From: Chiloscyllium plagiosum | Taxonomy: Eukaryota | Direction: 5' to 3' | Assembly: GCF_004010195.1 (NCBI RefSeq) | Contig: NC_057711.1 | Span: forward strand, 72,443,175 to 72,507,174 | Length of the DNA stretch: 64,000 bases | In this document: piece after piece, positions 37,801 to 51,636 of the stretch | Layout: each line of letters opens with the position of its first letter | How positions within the stretch are numbered: position 1 is the first letter of the stretch | The notes under the pieces: model-generated | Databases searched by the model: none | Seen by the model: only the letters and a program-made list of their open reading frames with translations | Told to the model about the DNA's origin: nothing | Translations under genes and position numbers: made by a program

Positions 37801-39077
37801 AACTGCAACCGAAGTCTAAGAGGGAATGGCGATGGGAGGGCTGTTATAGGATGAAGCTCGCGTTGCTAATCCTGGGGCAGAGCACAGGGACCACATAACA
37901 GATAAGTGTCATGAGGTTGACTAGAAAGGGCTCTTTATTTCTCTTCATCCCAGCTTTTTAGAAGCTTTTAGGCCATATTTCCCTCACTGTCTCCTACCTT
38001 CTCTTTCTTCAATCTATGTCCCTCAGCCCCAAACACTACCATAGTCCTTTATACATTCATGCCAACACATAATGACACCAAACCTTCATGCAATTTATCC
38101 TGTCCATGGCAATTCAATAGTCACTCATCCACAATCCATTATGGTTAGATCAGATTTTCCATGTGGAGATGAAATAAATCAATTCTAAAATATAATGCCA
38201 TTCTCACGATAAACACTTGATAGTGAAAACAAACTCCCATTCACGAAAACAAAGATTATAAATCTCCTCAAGTGGTTACGTTGGATACAAACAAACTTAT
38301 GTTCATATCCCTAAACCTTTATCACCTTTTTTAAAGATATTAACCAAACCATGTACTCAGAAACCCATGCTAAGATAATTGAGGTTTCAAAAGACTCAGC
38401 TAAGCATTCATAATAATCTGCTTGAACATATGTTGCACCAACTAGCCTGTCAATCAAAGCAGTTCAACAAAATTTGTGAGCAGTCATAGATAGCTGCAGC
38501 AATTTTGTTTTTAAAATTTGAAGACCGAGGAATTTAAAAAAAAACTGTGGAGTATGGTAGTTAAACAGACTTTATCCACCTTTATGGGATATTTAGATAC
38601 ATTCCAGAAATCTATGACTCCCACACTGAGTCAAAGCTTTTGTAACAACTAAATAGGAGCTGTTTGAACTGAGCACGAAGTTCAAATCACCCTGCTGAGT
38701 TGGAAATCCCTCCCATTTAAATCATACCCTGTCCCTTTATCCAACTAACAAAAAGTAGAATCTGTCAGAAATGGAGACGTGACTTACATATTTACATCTT
38801 GTCTGCAATGTAGCCTGTTTAAAAAAAAATGATGTCTGTTGCGATCAAGGTTCCATTCTGGTTGCTCCATCTTGTAAAATGGCCCTTACCGAATACCTGC
38901 TAGAAGCACAGCTTTCAGTCATATCTACAGAAGTGTAACAGATAGATCAGCTTGTTTTAGGACCATATTTCCAACCTTTTTTGAATTTTGTTCCTAATGA
39001 AAACTCATGCAAAAAACAAAGGGAGCACATGTAAAGCACAGACTTAACACGTCAATTAGTGTGCATTTTTCAGTTTT

Positions 39078-39400
39078 CTTCATTCATTCATGGATGAGAG
39101 CATCACTGGCCAGGCAGCATTTATTGCCCATCCTTAATTGCTCAGAGGGCATTTAAGAGTAAACTCCACTGCTGTGGGTCTAGAGTGACATGTAGGCCAG
39201 ACCAGGTAAGGACAACAGTTTCTTTCCTTCAAGGACGTTCGTGAACCAGATGGATTTTTCCCGTCAATCAATAATGGATTCATGGTCACTTCATTTGTTT
39301 TAATTGTATACAAATTAAACCATCTGCTGTAGCAGGATTTGAATCTAGGTCCCCAGAACATTATTTGGGTCTCTGGATTAATAGTTCAGCAACAATATCA
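39078..39400 (-). mobile_element. tRNA-derived SINE sharing its 3' tail with the 8330/20388 LINE family
   Basis: B box gattcaaatcc, core ccatctggttcac..ccttacctggtctggcctacatg, tail gatgggcaataaatgctg...tgaatgaa. Confidence 0.75.
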
Positions 39401-40138
39401 ATATCTCTCCCCAGAGTTGCTCTCTGAAATTTTCTTGGTTGCTTCAATGTTGAACAGTGAAAGCAACTGAGATGAAAGGAAACTGAGAATTTTCCCCAAT
39501 TATCCTCAGCCAATGAAAAACTTTTCTCTTTCTGTATTTATAATCTGAGTAACAGCGTAACACCTTGAAAAGAAACAAAGGGAAATTCACTGCAAGCATT
39601 AAATCAAAACGATGGACCAGCTAAAGTATCTGTATAAAGGCTTCACCTAAACATTCTCCTTAAAAGATTAATAATAACAGCAAGACAGAACAGTATGATA
39701 CTTAATTGGTGCACCTACCTTTCTGGGAATATCAGAAATTTAGCTATACAGGTCAGGAATTTCAGTCCATTAAATTAATGCTCTGAAAATCAGTGGCAAC
39801 TGTATGTAGTTGTTCAAATGCACTGTAGATGTTCTTTCTCTTTGCTCTCTGCCAGTTGCACAATCACCATTTCTTTAAGTGATTGAGATACAGAGTGTGT
39901 TTTGCCATGCACACATTTGATGACTGCTATAAAGGCATTTAGTACAGGACTCTAATTTTGAACAAAATGTAATGAATGTCAGGTGGTTGTGATACATTAT
40001 TAAGCAATTGCTTAATCAAATATTTCTGGTGATGTCATAAGTGTAAGTTTGAAGTTTGGGTTAATTTGATGTGTTTTTAAGCCTATGTGGTCAGGTGGTT
40101 CAGGCAAAATAGCATTGGCTAACTCATTAAAGTACTGA

Positions 40139-40271
40139 GTAAAAACAATGACTGCAGATGCTGGAAACCAGAGTCTAGATTAGAGTGGTGCTGGAAAAGC
40201 ACAGCAGTTCAGGCAGCATCTGAGGAGCAGTAAAATCGACATTTCAGGCAAAAGCCCATCATCAGGAATAC
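40139..40271 (-). mobile_element. PLE terminal insert with hammerhead motif at 40238-40265
   Basis: Minus strand reads CTGATGA-T-GGGC-TTTT-GCCT-GAAA-TG-TC; same subfamily as 31067. Confidence 0.82.
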
Positions 40272-40455
40272 AGTCTGCTGTAGTTAGAGAGACAATGGTG
40301 ACGAGTTTAACCTGAGAGCCACCAGGCCTCATGCAAGGGGAAGTGAGGTTGAGAAACTAGGACCTTCAGGGTGGCCATTTCAGGAAGTGAACCCATCTCT
40401 AGATATCACTCTGCATTACTAAGCAATTATCCAGCCAACTGAGCTAACAGACCCT
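40272..40455 (-). mobile_element. tRNA-derived SINE (another family)
   Basis: Minus strand gggtctgttagctcagttgg (A box) and gggttcacttcc (B box). Confidence 0.65.
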
Positions 40456-40734
40456 TAGTGAAGGAGATATGACAGAATGGATTGGAAAACACAGTTGACT
40501 ATAATGTAGTGCCCGAGGCTAGATGAAAATCAAGAGACGTCACAATCTTTAGCTGCTGTGTTGCAAAAATGTAGCATCAGGATTGTTTTTGCAATTAATT
40601 AATGGTGTCTTAATTTTTTTGTTTGTTTTCCCAAATATTTTTCCCCTTTTATCTTGAAAGCCATTCTTACTTCACACTTGCAATTCAGGTCTAGTTTAAT
40701 AGTTACACGAACAAATGTAAATGCATTGGGAAAG

Positions 40735-41665
40735 TCAACGTGGGATTGTTGAGGGCAAATCATGTTTATATAAATTGTATGAGTTTTTGACGAGGTAACA
40801 AAAGCCCTCTAAGGGTCATGGAGTTGGTGTGATGTGTACGGACTTCCAGAGGGTACTTGCTAAAATGCCACACAGCTGGCTTGGGAGCAAAGTAACTCTA
40901 TCAATTTGGAATAAACTAAATAAACTTAGGTATAAATGGCAGAACTTCAAGATTTGAATGTGACACAAAGTTTGGAAATATTGTGAATTGTGACGAGTAT
41001 AGTGAGAGATCTGCTGAGGACAGAGAGGATAGACAAAATTAAATGCATAAAAGTGTGAAATTTGTTTTGTCAGGTGAATTTGGAAACATAATTTAAAATA
41101 AAGCATACAATTTTAAAAGGAGTACAGGACCAAAATGACCTCAAATCATTTAAAGGTTGAGAAAGTGGGTAATAAGGGATCCTGGGTGTTATAAATAGAA
41201 CACATAGTAAATTCAATAATAAACGTTATAATCAACCTGTATGAAATATTGGTTTCATTTCCAGCAGAGTCTGAGCAAAATTCAGTAAAGTGGATAGCTT
41301 GAAGCAGCTGGGACTCTGCTCTGTAGAACAGAGATTTGATGAGGGTAATTACAATTGAGGGGTCTGGACAGAGTAGATAGGGAGAAGAATGAAGAACCGA
41401 ATTATATCTCATTTAAGGCAATTAGCAAAGGAGCCAATAACAACTTCAGGAAAAATATTTTTTATGTGATGGCTGGTTAGAGTCTGGGATGTATTGTCTG
41501 AGAGTGTTATAAAGACAAGGTCAATCAAAGTTTTGAAAATAATATTGTATAATTTTCTAGAGAGAAAATGTTTTCAAAGAGTGAGGGGAATAGCACATTT
41601 GTTGAGAGTTGCAATGGACCTGATAGACCAAGTAGCTTACATCCGTATTATAACCATTCCATAAA
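40735..41665 (+). mobile_element. Old CR1 RT/3' fragment
   Basis: gggcaaatcatgttta..gagtttttgacgaggtaaca (GKSCL..EFF.EVT) and gacttccag. Confidence 0.7.
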
Positions 41666-43519
41666 TCTTTGATTCTAATTCTGTACCTGGCCAATGAGTA
41701 TTATATACTTGGTTCCAGTATATATGCACAATTAAAAGGTTTTACAGTGCTATGTGTGCCTGATGTCCAGATGTGACAGGAACACAAATGGTTCAAAGCA
41801 TTGTTTAATTGTGCAAGTATATGAATGTGATTGAATCAGTCTGCCCTCAGCACAAGGCCTGCCATAGTTCAAAGGGTATCTGGTTACGGGGCTGTGGTGT
41901 AGGGGAAGAGAGAAGTGAATGAAACAGAAGAAATTAAAATAATTCAAAATATAAAGAAAGGCTTTTTTTTAAAACGTCAATGGTAATAGAGTGTTGTTTT
42001 CAATAAAATTCAGTGATTTTTTTTGGATAAAAACAGTGTAAATTCATTGTAGATTCTAGAACAATCCTAGAAAATGCCTAAAAGTCCAGAAATCCCAACA
42101 TTTTCTGTCAAAATGTGACCCTAGATCCTCTAAATACATTTTACACCTCAATATTTGACTTTCCTTCTTTTATATATTTATATTTTTGCCCTATCTAGGA
42201 AATAGCGAGAGATTGTTGATATTCCTGCAGCTTAAGCCACAATCTTGTGTAGCTGCATGTTTCACATCTCCTAGGGTTATAATCATGTTCATTATTGAGT
42301 TGTCAGTGTTTTGTGGTGTGTCAGTGTTTTTGAAGCCATTACTTGGCTTTTGCTGAATGTTTAGCTTGGCACATTGCATGTACTTAAAATTATATACCAA
42401 ATGTCAATAACGACTTCATAGAAAACTTTCAAAACTAAGGAAACATGAAAATTGAAGCAGCTAATAGGGCATTTCGTGAGTCAGGGTTATCCTTAGCTCT
42501 CCATTTCAGTAGCTAGCCTCTCCATGGATGCTGCCACACGTCAAACATTCCAGAGCCAGCATAGTGCTGATGACATTATGGTTTCCTCCATTCTTCAATC
42601 CAGTTTCCTGAGTGCTTCTGGGAAACCTGCCCGCTGTTCCTTTGCCTGTCTACAAATTCATTAGTGGTTGAGACCATGGCATCACCTTTTGTCTGGGGCT
42701 GAGAAGGTGCCTGGTCTCTGGTGGTCCCATAAATGACAATAATCTAGCACATTTCTTCCTCAACCAGTTACGAAATCATGTTTGTAATATGCACACCAGA
42801 TTGTGCCCCTGATTCTAATCTGGACAGAGAGCAACTGAGGGGAAACTCTCTGAGTTAGTGGGGACTGCAGCTAAAAGCCAGGACAGTGCGTTATCCGAGG
42901 GTTCAGTGCCTTCCTCCTGGAGGTGGAGTTGGAGTTGAGGCCCTCTGGCACTGCCCTTTTAGTGGATGATTACTGGGTGTCATTCACATTTGCATAAAGT
43001 AAGAGGCGGAATTAGTTGCATAAAAGAGATTTGTGCAGATTAAGAATGCAGTTGTACTGCATTTTGGCTGCAGGTTGGCTGTATCAGGTGGTGGTCCTTA
43101 AGAGAAAGGAAGGCCCTGCTCTCTATTACCGTAGCCCCAGCACCTCCAGGCCTGACTGTGCAGCCAGGAGTTAGCTTTCATTTCTTCTGAGTCACATTAG
43201 TGGAGCACCAGATTGTGAGGGCCAATTTGTGGCCTGAAGCAGGTATGTTGGTTGATGCAATTGATCCTGGAAGTGGTGAGCACTACCTGCTATGCAATTC
43301 CTCAAGGAGAGGACTGAAGAACTCAGTTACATAACTGATGAGGTGAAGAATAAATGATTGTATGAGAAACATCACTCCAAGCCTCGGCAAAATGGGTGCC
43401 ATGGATCCTCCTGATTCTGCCTGACTTGCTATGCTCTTCCAGTCTCCTGCATGTCTATCATGCATCTCTCTTGACAAAACACATTAACTAAAAATGAGAA
43501 GATTCCAGCCATAGAGAGA

Positions 43520-43870
43520 CAAAGCAGTTTAGGAAGAGAATTCCAGAGATGAGAGGGCCTTAAGAACAGATAACCAGGCTGCTAATAGTGGAATGATCAA
43601 CAAGGCACAAGAAGCCATCTTTGGAGAAACAAGGATATCATGGAGGGTGAATGTCTCCCTAGGCATTGGCAAATCCTTGGATGAGCTCAGGTTTATAGCC
43701 AATAGGAGCCTGGCCATGAGAGCAATAGAACATTCAGGCAGAGAGGTTAAACATGCTTGGCTGAGAGTTTCAGCAACTGAGGCAAATGCCAGGTTGGGAA
43801 ATATTACAAAGCTCAAGTAAATGTATATGTGGCTGGTTAATGTTCTGATATTGCACACGTGAGTCAATGA
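43520..43870 (-). mobile_element. Decayed L2 LINE fragment
   Basis: SVAETLSQACLTSLPECSIALMARL resembles the L2 motif AAETLIHAFVTSRLDYSNALLAGL. Confidence 0.6.
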
Positions 43871-44754
43871 CATGAAAACTGCAATCTTACAATCCATGTA
43901 TTCAATTTTGCCAACAGCACCGAGAGGCTCCTGCATCCAGAAACCCAAAATATATTCACTGAAGTACTTGTAGATTTTCAGCGATCCCACAATTATTAAG
44001 ACAACATAAATCTATAATAGGATGAAATCTACATATGTTTGTCACTTAACAATCTCATCAAAATATGACAATCAATTTTTAAAAATGTCCAACACCAGAC
44101 TCAACATTTTGAAGTAGGACCTTGTATAATTTCAATAACTCGGTTTAATTGTCCCATCTACTCAACAGAGACAATACAAAGTGATTCCATTATATGCTGT
44201 GACTGAAATCTATTCTACTGGAACTAGAACAAGAAAGTCAGTTTAGGCTGAGCACTGGATTTCTATTTGAAAATCACTCAGTGTGATAGGTCTGTTTTAC
44301 TGGAAAATAGAACACTCTTCTTTGCATAATTAATAGCTGTTAGTCAAATGTGGGAACCTGTGAAAAGTTTAATTTCTGAGAATGTGGTCTGGTTAGCAAG
44401 CAGTTAGCTGACATCTGTTTTTCATTAAAGTAAGATTTCACATCCTTGGATGCTTTGAAGACAGGAGAGAATAAACTGCTTTCAACCATGTGGAGAAAAT
44501 CTGATTTTACAACATGTTAAAATATCATTAGGATAACAAAAGAACTTTCCTCTGCATGCTTGGTGTGTAATGAGCAAATCAATTTCCCCTGTGGTAATAT
44601 CACTGGCTGGAGGTTGTCACATGTGCCTTCAGGCAAAAAGTTTATTGTTATGTGTGAGTGTCAATTTGCCATTCAACCAGGTTAAATCAAAATTGTGGAA
44701 TGGTAAACACTGAATAATGGTACTTCTTATCCATTTGTGTTCATCAAATATGTT

Positions 44755-45497
44755 TGAGTTATAGGGACAGGCTGAATAGGCTGTTTTTTTTCTCTAGAGC
44801 ATCAGAGGCTGAGGGGTGACCTTACAGAAGTTTATAAAAACACGAGGGGCACGGATAGGGTGAATAGCCAAGGGTGAGGGAGTCCAAAACTAGAGGGCAT
44901 AGATTTAATGTGGGAAGGGAAAGATTTAAAAGGGACCCAAGGGGTAATGTTTTCATGCAGAGGGTGGAGCATGTATGAAATGAACTGCCAGAAGTGGTTG
45001 AGGCTAGTAAATTTGCAACATTTAAAAGGCATCTGGATGGCTATATGAATGGGAAGGGTTTAGAGAGATATGGGCCAAATGCTGGCAAATTGGACTAGGT
45101 CTGATTGGGATGTCAACAGAGTCATAGAGATGTACAGCACAGAACCAGACCCTTCAGCCCAACCTGTCCATGCTGACCCAATATCTTAAATTAATCTAGT
45201 CCCATTTGCCAGCACTTGGCCCACATCCCTCTAAACCCTTCCTATCCATGTACCCATCCAGATGTCTTTTAAATGTTATAATTGTACCAGCCTCCACCAC
45301 TTCCTTTGGCAACTGATTCCATACACACACCACCCTTTGCGTGAAAAGGTTGTCCCTTAGGTCCCTTTTAAATCTTTCCCCTCTTACTTTAAACTGATGG
45401 TCTGTAGTTCTCAATTCTCCTAAACCAGGGGAATCAAATTGGCGCAGACAAGTGGATGAAAAGGTCTGTTTCTGTGCTGTATGATTCTATGACTGTA
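44755..45497 (+). mobile_element. CR1 3' end containing an antisense CR1 3' end (45118-45432)
   Basis: The plus copy breaks at gggatgtc (about 45113) and resumes at tggcgcagac (about 45440). Confidence 0.85.
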
Positions 45498-45529
45498 TGA
45501 CGCAATCTACATTTCAAGTGTTATTTTCG

Positions 45530-46010
45530 AGTCAGTGGTTGCCAATGAGTGAGAAGGATGGGGGTTCAAGCTCTAGTTTGGGGCTGGGCTGGCATTTCAG
45601 TGCAATGAAGGGGTATTGCATAATTGGCAGTGTGCCCTCAGGTATCGTGAGATTGTTCATGGATGTTAATCACATGTAATCATCCTTATTATATTTATAG
45701 ATCTATGTTGTCCTTATTATGGTATGATCACTCAAAATTAAACTCAGGTGTTTCTTCAAGTGGACAATGAAACATCCGATGACAAAATTTGAAGAAGAGC
45801 AGAGGGCTATTCTCAATGTATTCCCAATATTTACCTCTCAGTCAACATATAAAAATATATGATCTGGTGATTTATTTTATTGGTGTTTGTGGGTCCTTGC
45901 TGTTCTGTAAATTGTCTGGTATGTTTCTTACATTATAAGAATGATTGAAAAATGTTTTAGAACATTCTTGACTTCATTGAAGTCACTGTGCAAAGAGAAG
46001 GTCTTTATTT
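45530..46010 (+). mobile_element. Ancient DeuSINE-like element
   Basis: caagtggac..catccgatgac..tttgaagaagagcag..ccaatatt..ctcagtcaacat..tgtttgtggg..cttgctgt resembles the Deu domain. Confidence 0.6.
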
Positions 46011-47984
46011 TTTACGTTATATTTATATACATCAAAGTTGATACTAAAGTTTTAATGCAGAATATGTGAAATTAACTAACTGTAATGTACAGACAATCTG
46101 ACCAATTTCTTGAATGGACTTATAGTTTACTATGGTAATTTTATTCCAATGGAACAAATTCCTACAGGGAAATGAGAACACATGAGTCCATTACTTAGAA
46201 AAAAAGTGTCACTATTAATAAGTAAGTGATTGTGCTTTAAGAACAATGGCATAATTTTACATATTAAGAAATATTATGTTACAAATACAATGTTGAAATC
46301 CAATTCAGCAGTTTTTTATTCCCCCAGGATGCTGACACATTAATGCACATGGGCATAAAGCAATATTACAGAATTCACTCAGAAAGCAAGTACTGTACCA
46401 CGTTTCTATTGTTTTGTAATCTCATTTTTTCATTGAAAATCAATACAGTTTATGAACTATCCTGTATGTTTTTACTGGAGACATTTTAATTTTAAATATG
46501 TGACAGAGCATAAAATACCACAGCTGCTTTTTAACTGGTGCACTTAGTATTCTCTTGCATCTTTGCTACATACAACGTCTTGTTCTTTGTTATACAAATG
46601 CATGAATCTAAGAATTGTGACCATGATTTTATCAGGTGTTGATAAATCCACAACCTCATAATCACATTCATCATTTTATCCATTTTTGAACCAGGCCGGA
46701 CTGTGGACCTTGTTCTTAATGGTTAATGTGTGCAGGGAGGGAATGGAAGGGGGAAAAGGTCTGGCGATTGGAACAAACAATCAATTACAGAACAGGTTAC
46801 AATGCATTAGGACAGGCAAACATGTGCTTAACAACATTATCTCATCAGGGAACAGCACGCATCAAAGAACCTTTAGAGAAAATATGTAGAAACATACATC
46901 TTCTCCACAGGGATTCCAACAGAGGTTATTTTCGAATGATTAATTAAAGGGAATCAATCTTCATTTCATTGATACTGACATGAAAAGTACTATGGCTCTA
47001 CTATAATCACATACAATTATTCAACTAACCTTCACCAAGGACATCATATTACTAGAAAATGTTAGACTGATTTTGGCAATTGAATGAGAATGCAGTCTGC
47101 ATGTGCCTACTTGAATATGCAGATCTTTCCACTTATCTGAATATAAGATCACAATTTTCTCCAAGAGACAAGAGTATTAGTTTGTTTCTTGAAATTATCT
47201 AACTGTAGGATCAAATTGCAAGCATCTTTCCTTGCACCATAATTACTTGAAACAGAAAATGAAGTAATGATTTATATATTGCATTTATATATTTGCAGCA
47301 AGCGGTCTTCTACAGAAAAGGCGATATTTCTGTGCACTGCTATGCATATCTAATAGACTCAATATATAATGTACAAGATTACTGTATCAGGGGAACAGAG
47401 CAGATTTTTAATACACTTTAATACAGCTTTGAAAGATGAGAGGCATTTATTATTTTTAGTGTTTTGGACAAAAATGAAGTTCTGGAAGACAGAAGATGTC
47501 TTTACTTCTTTGGATTGAAATTCTTGCAACAATATGTTTCATTTTCTGTTCGATTAGGCAACATTTTAGATCTATTGGGGGCCATTTCATGGACGGTGAA
47601 TATATTTTAGCTAAAGAAAGTAGGTAATCAGAAAACTACAATTTGAAGGAACTTCTGTATTTTTTATTTGGAACAAAATTTTAACTCCATCTTCATATTT
47701 CTACTTACAGTTTCAATCCAAGCTATTCCATCATTTAGTTCATTATAGAGTCACCATCGGGACTCTCTTTCAAATTCAAATTCAACCTCTAAAGCATGTT
47801 TAAACTTGACAATGTGGATCTTTTTAGACTTTTAAAAAGGAATCCTGGTACTGCTAGCAATTGATTAACAACACTGATGGACTTTTTGTAGCAGGTTATT
47901 GCTCTGCTATTAGAGGCAACACAATTTTTGTTTCTTTTCATTTATTTCCAATTTCCTTCCACTTTTCCCCTAGACACTATATTT

Positions 47985-48165
47985 TTCTGTGTTATGGTTT
48001 AGTGGCTGCCCTCTGGTACCTGATCAAAGGGGCCATTCTTCATCACAGACTCTGATATAAACTGTTCTGCCTTTGCTGCTGAGATCAGATGACTCAGCAC
48101 AGAACTGGTTTTCAGACTTGAAACCATCTAGTCTCTATGCCTCTAACAATTGAGCCATGGAGAAT
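47985..48165 (-). mobile_element. Ancient tRNA-derived SINE remnant
   Basis: Minus strand tggctcaattg A-box-like start and ctgtgctgagtcatctgatctcagc hairpin. Confidence 0.4.
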
Positions 48166-51100
48166 CACCCAAATCATTCATAGTAGCCACATGTAACAAA
48201 TTTCAGCCTCTTGCACATCCACAATATTAATTGCTCAACCACTGGTGATTATGCTTTCAGCTGTCCAGGTGCTAAGCTTTGGAACTCCTTCCTGCTCACT
48301 GCTTATTATTGTCAAAGGTGTTATACAATTATGTATTGCTGTTAAAAATAAGGAGAGATAACTCTATACTCAAATAAGTTGCAGTTGGACCATGCAGTCC
48401 CCAAAAATGAATTTTAGAGAATATTGTAGGAAAATGATCTTTGATCTGATAAAGCTTTGGCATTCGCATGAAAGCAATCTTGGCTGTGCTCATGAATTCA
48501 GTCTGATATTACAAGATAATAATCCAACCAGGAGTCCTACATCACAGAATCACCCTGAATACACATTGACCTGAGTACTGTGATGAAATAAGAACTTAAA
48601 TGTAACTCAGTAAACAAATACAAGCATTGGAGTACATAGGGCATGCAAGTAAATAGACATATAATTGATATTTGCTGAAGGTCTCTTTTGAATTTTCTAT
48701 CTTTTCAAAAAAATTCAAATGAACTCTAACTGCATGCTACACTGTTTTCTTAAGTGTCCAAATTATTTATATTCCTTATTGATACATGATACCATCTGTT
48801 CCTTCAAATTATTATCTATTTTCCATTTCACTTATTTTGTTGTATTGATTTTTAGTGGATTTTTAAACTGTCATTTTCGCTTTTCTTATAATTAAGTAAA
48901 CGATCTATGTGGCACAATTAACCCATGTCTATGGTTACATTGTTTCTTGAGTGAATCTGCCACAAGCTTCCTTTTTAAACTGTGTTTCTATTTGGATCGT
49001 CTACTAATCTTTCACAGAACTATCATCTTATCTGCTATCCAGTGTTTGGCACAGATATCTGTTTGTGGTAAAGTTTGAATATTGTGCTTCACAACTATGA
49101 AGAAATTACATTTCATTATTTCCATTAAATTAGCTACTTTATTCTTTGGAATGTTTTATTTTTGATAATCAATTCCAGCTAGTCAAAATTATATTTGTCG
49201 AGGAGACCGAGAGAAATATATTGGCATAAAATAGATGTTAACTGCAAAGCAATTAATATTTCTAAACATGTACCAAATTGTTTGGCTGTGAGCTGAATAG
49301 GTAAATTTGTCTGTGGATACTGAATAAATATTGCAGTTTTCTAATTACCATTGATCTTAGCAAGACCTGATAAAAGAAGACAACATTAACGGGAAGTTCC
49401 TTACTAATGAAAGTAAACACAAAGCATAAATGAATGTGTCACATGATGGAATGGCTGCTGTGATGCTCTGTTGTTTTCTGTTTGCTTTCTGCAGTGTGTT
49501 TTTTTTGTCCTCTCAAATTAGAAACATATGTACAATAATCAGTTAAGTAGATTTTTGAGAAGCTCATTGTTATTCATTACTGATGATCAAGCCAACTGCA
49601 AGAGGAAATTGTTGCATTAAGACCCAAATTGTTTTCTGAATAAGATCATAGACCATATGATCATTGCTAACAATTGGAATCATCATATTGTGGTGTGGCA
49701 TCTTTTCCAGTAATCAACCGCAAAAAGAAAAGCATGTTTTATTACAATATCAGTTATATGATGCTGTAATTCTGCAGATTCAAAGTCATGCATCTTTATT
49801 ATGCTTCCCTTCATTATGCAGGCTCCACTGAGCTCAGAACACTCTCCAGAAAATGCTAAAAAGAAATTGGGGGCGGGGAATGAATTTTACTTTAATATCT
49901 AATATAAGCCATATATTGTAAGGAATAGCAAATATCTGTCAGTGGGTGTAAGGCTGTAATCAATCACAACTAAATCTCTGCTTTGCAATTTACTGCCAAA
50001 GCATTTGCCATTCATTATTATATCTTCTATAGGCTTACAATGATAATTTTTACACTTTTCCCACTGCTATGTCTTTCTACTAAGCATGGTAAATAAAAAA
50101 ATGCTGGTATAGCTCTTTGGTAACAAGGATGGAACGAATGTCAAATTTAAAAGAACATAGCATTAATGTCCTGTATGTTTGATTGAATCCTTTTGCTCTT
50201 GTGCTTTATTGCAACATTATATTTGATGTGAGAAAATGATCAAAGATTGACCAGTTACGAGTCAATATGACCTCACCACATGTGCCCTTTTGTATGATTA
50301 TACATGTAAAAGCCAACAGCTCCGCATATACTAGCTCAACTGAAAGAAACCAACACAGACTCTGTTGTTTCGCCACGCAAACTGTTATAACAACACTTGT
50401 CTAATTCTGATGCTATTCCCAAGTCCATCTCATATGCTTGGAAATCATATCAATGCCAGTTTAATCAGTCACAGCATCCACAGAACACATCATTTTACTG
50501 TGTTTGTATTTGTTTGTGACCTGCTGCACATTTTTCAGCTGTGTTTGTATGAGCCTCATACAATACAAATTGGGTGATATAATGGTCTGGCTTTGCATTG
50601 AATCACAGAATTGTTATGGTGCACAAAGAGGCCACTTGGCCCATTGTGTTTATACAGGTTCTATTACATAGTGACCCTTGTGTTACTAGTAACTCAATTT
50701 ATATTTGAGTACTGAAATTCCCTTTATAAGTACTCTGTGATGTTGGCATTACTCTGCAACTTCCTTGCAAATTTGTTCCTCTATTAACTTTCCACTAGTT
50801 GATGATTATTGACTGCAATAAGCAGTCGACAACTTTTCCTTCCATAGCTCTAGCCAAATTGACTCTGTTCTCGACCCCTCTGGGACACCTGCTTTCTCTG
50901 GCACTGCAATAACCTCTTTAACCAATACTGCCACCGCTCCCCCTTCCCTTCTTTTTCTCTATTTACTGAGCAACTTATACTAAGGAATATTTAATGCTCA
51001 GCTTTGTACTTTCTTGAGCTAGGTCGCTGTTACCACCATATTATATTACCACATTGCAATCCACGTCTGTAACTCCCAAATCTTATTTATTAAACCCAGT

Positions 51101-51295
51101 TTATTCATATACATGCGCATTAACTCTGTTTTGGACTTCATTTCTTTTTCTCCTTTAATCTGACTTCACCTATTAATTTGCTATTCTCTATGACGGTACC
51201 AGCTGTATCCCCAAGTATTTTGTGAACCCTACTGTTCTCCCTTGGTTCCTACGTCCCTATCAAGTTAATTTAAAGATCTCTCAGCAGCATTGCCT

Positions 51296-51356
51296 ATGAT
51301 TTGGAAGAGCTGGTGTTGGACCTGGGTGTACAAAGTTAAAAATCACACAACACCAG
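51296..51356 (-). mobile_element. Short PLE family B terminal fragment
   Basis: Matches 17149-17211; imperfect flanking repeat cagcattgccta/cagcactaccta. Confidence 0.65.
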
Positions 51357-51636
51357 CACTACCTAAATGCCATGCAAAAAACTCAGTCATAGCTCTGTTC
51401 AGGTGCAATCTAGACCCCTCCTTGCTGCCCCATGTTTCAAGACATGCATGCACTTTTACTTCTTTTTCTGTACTTAATGGCACGTGGCAAAGGGAATAAT
51501 CTGGAAATTACTTCATTGACAATGACAGAGGGGCTATCATTGCTAACTGTAGATATGGGGTAAAGTAAACACCAACTTTTCTATCCAAACATGCACAGAG
51601 AAACAAACTTTCATTTCTAAAGCCTGCAAAAACGTT

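Noticed and set aside
43529..43990. 153-aa ORF as a host gene
   Set aside because: Its core matches decayed L2 ORF2 and there is no gene structure.
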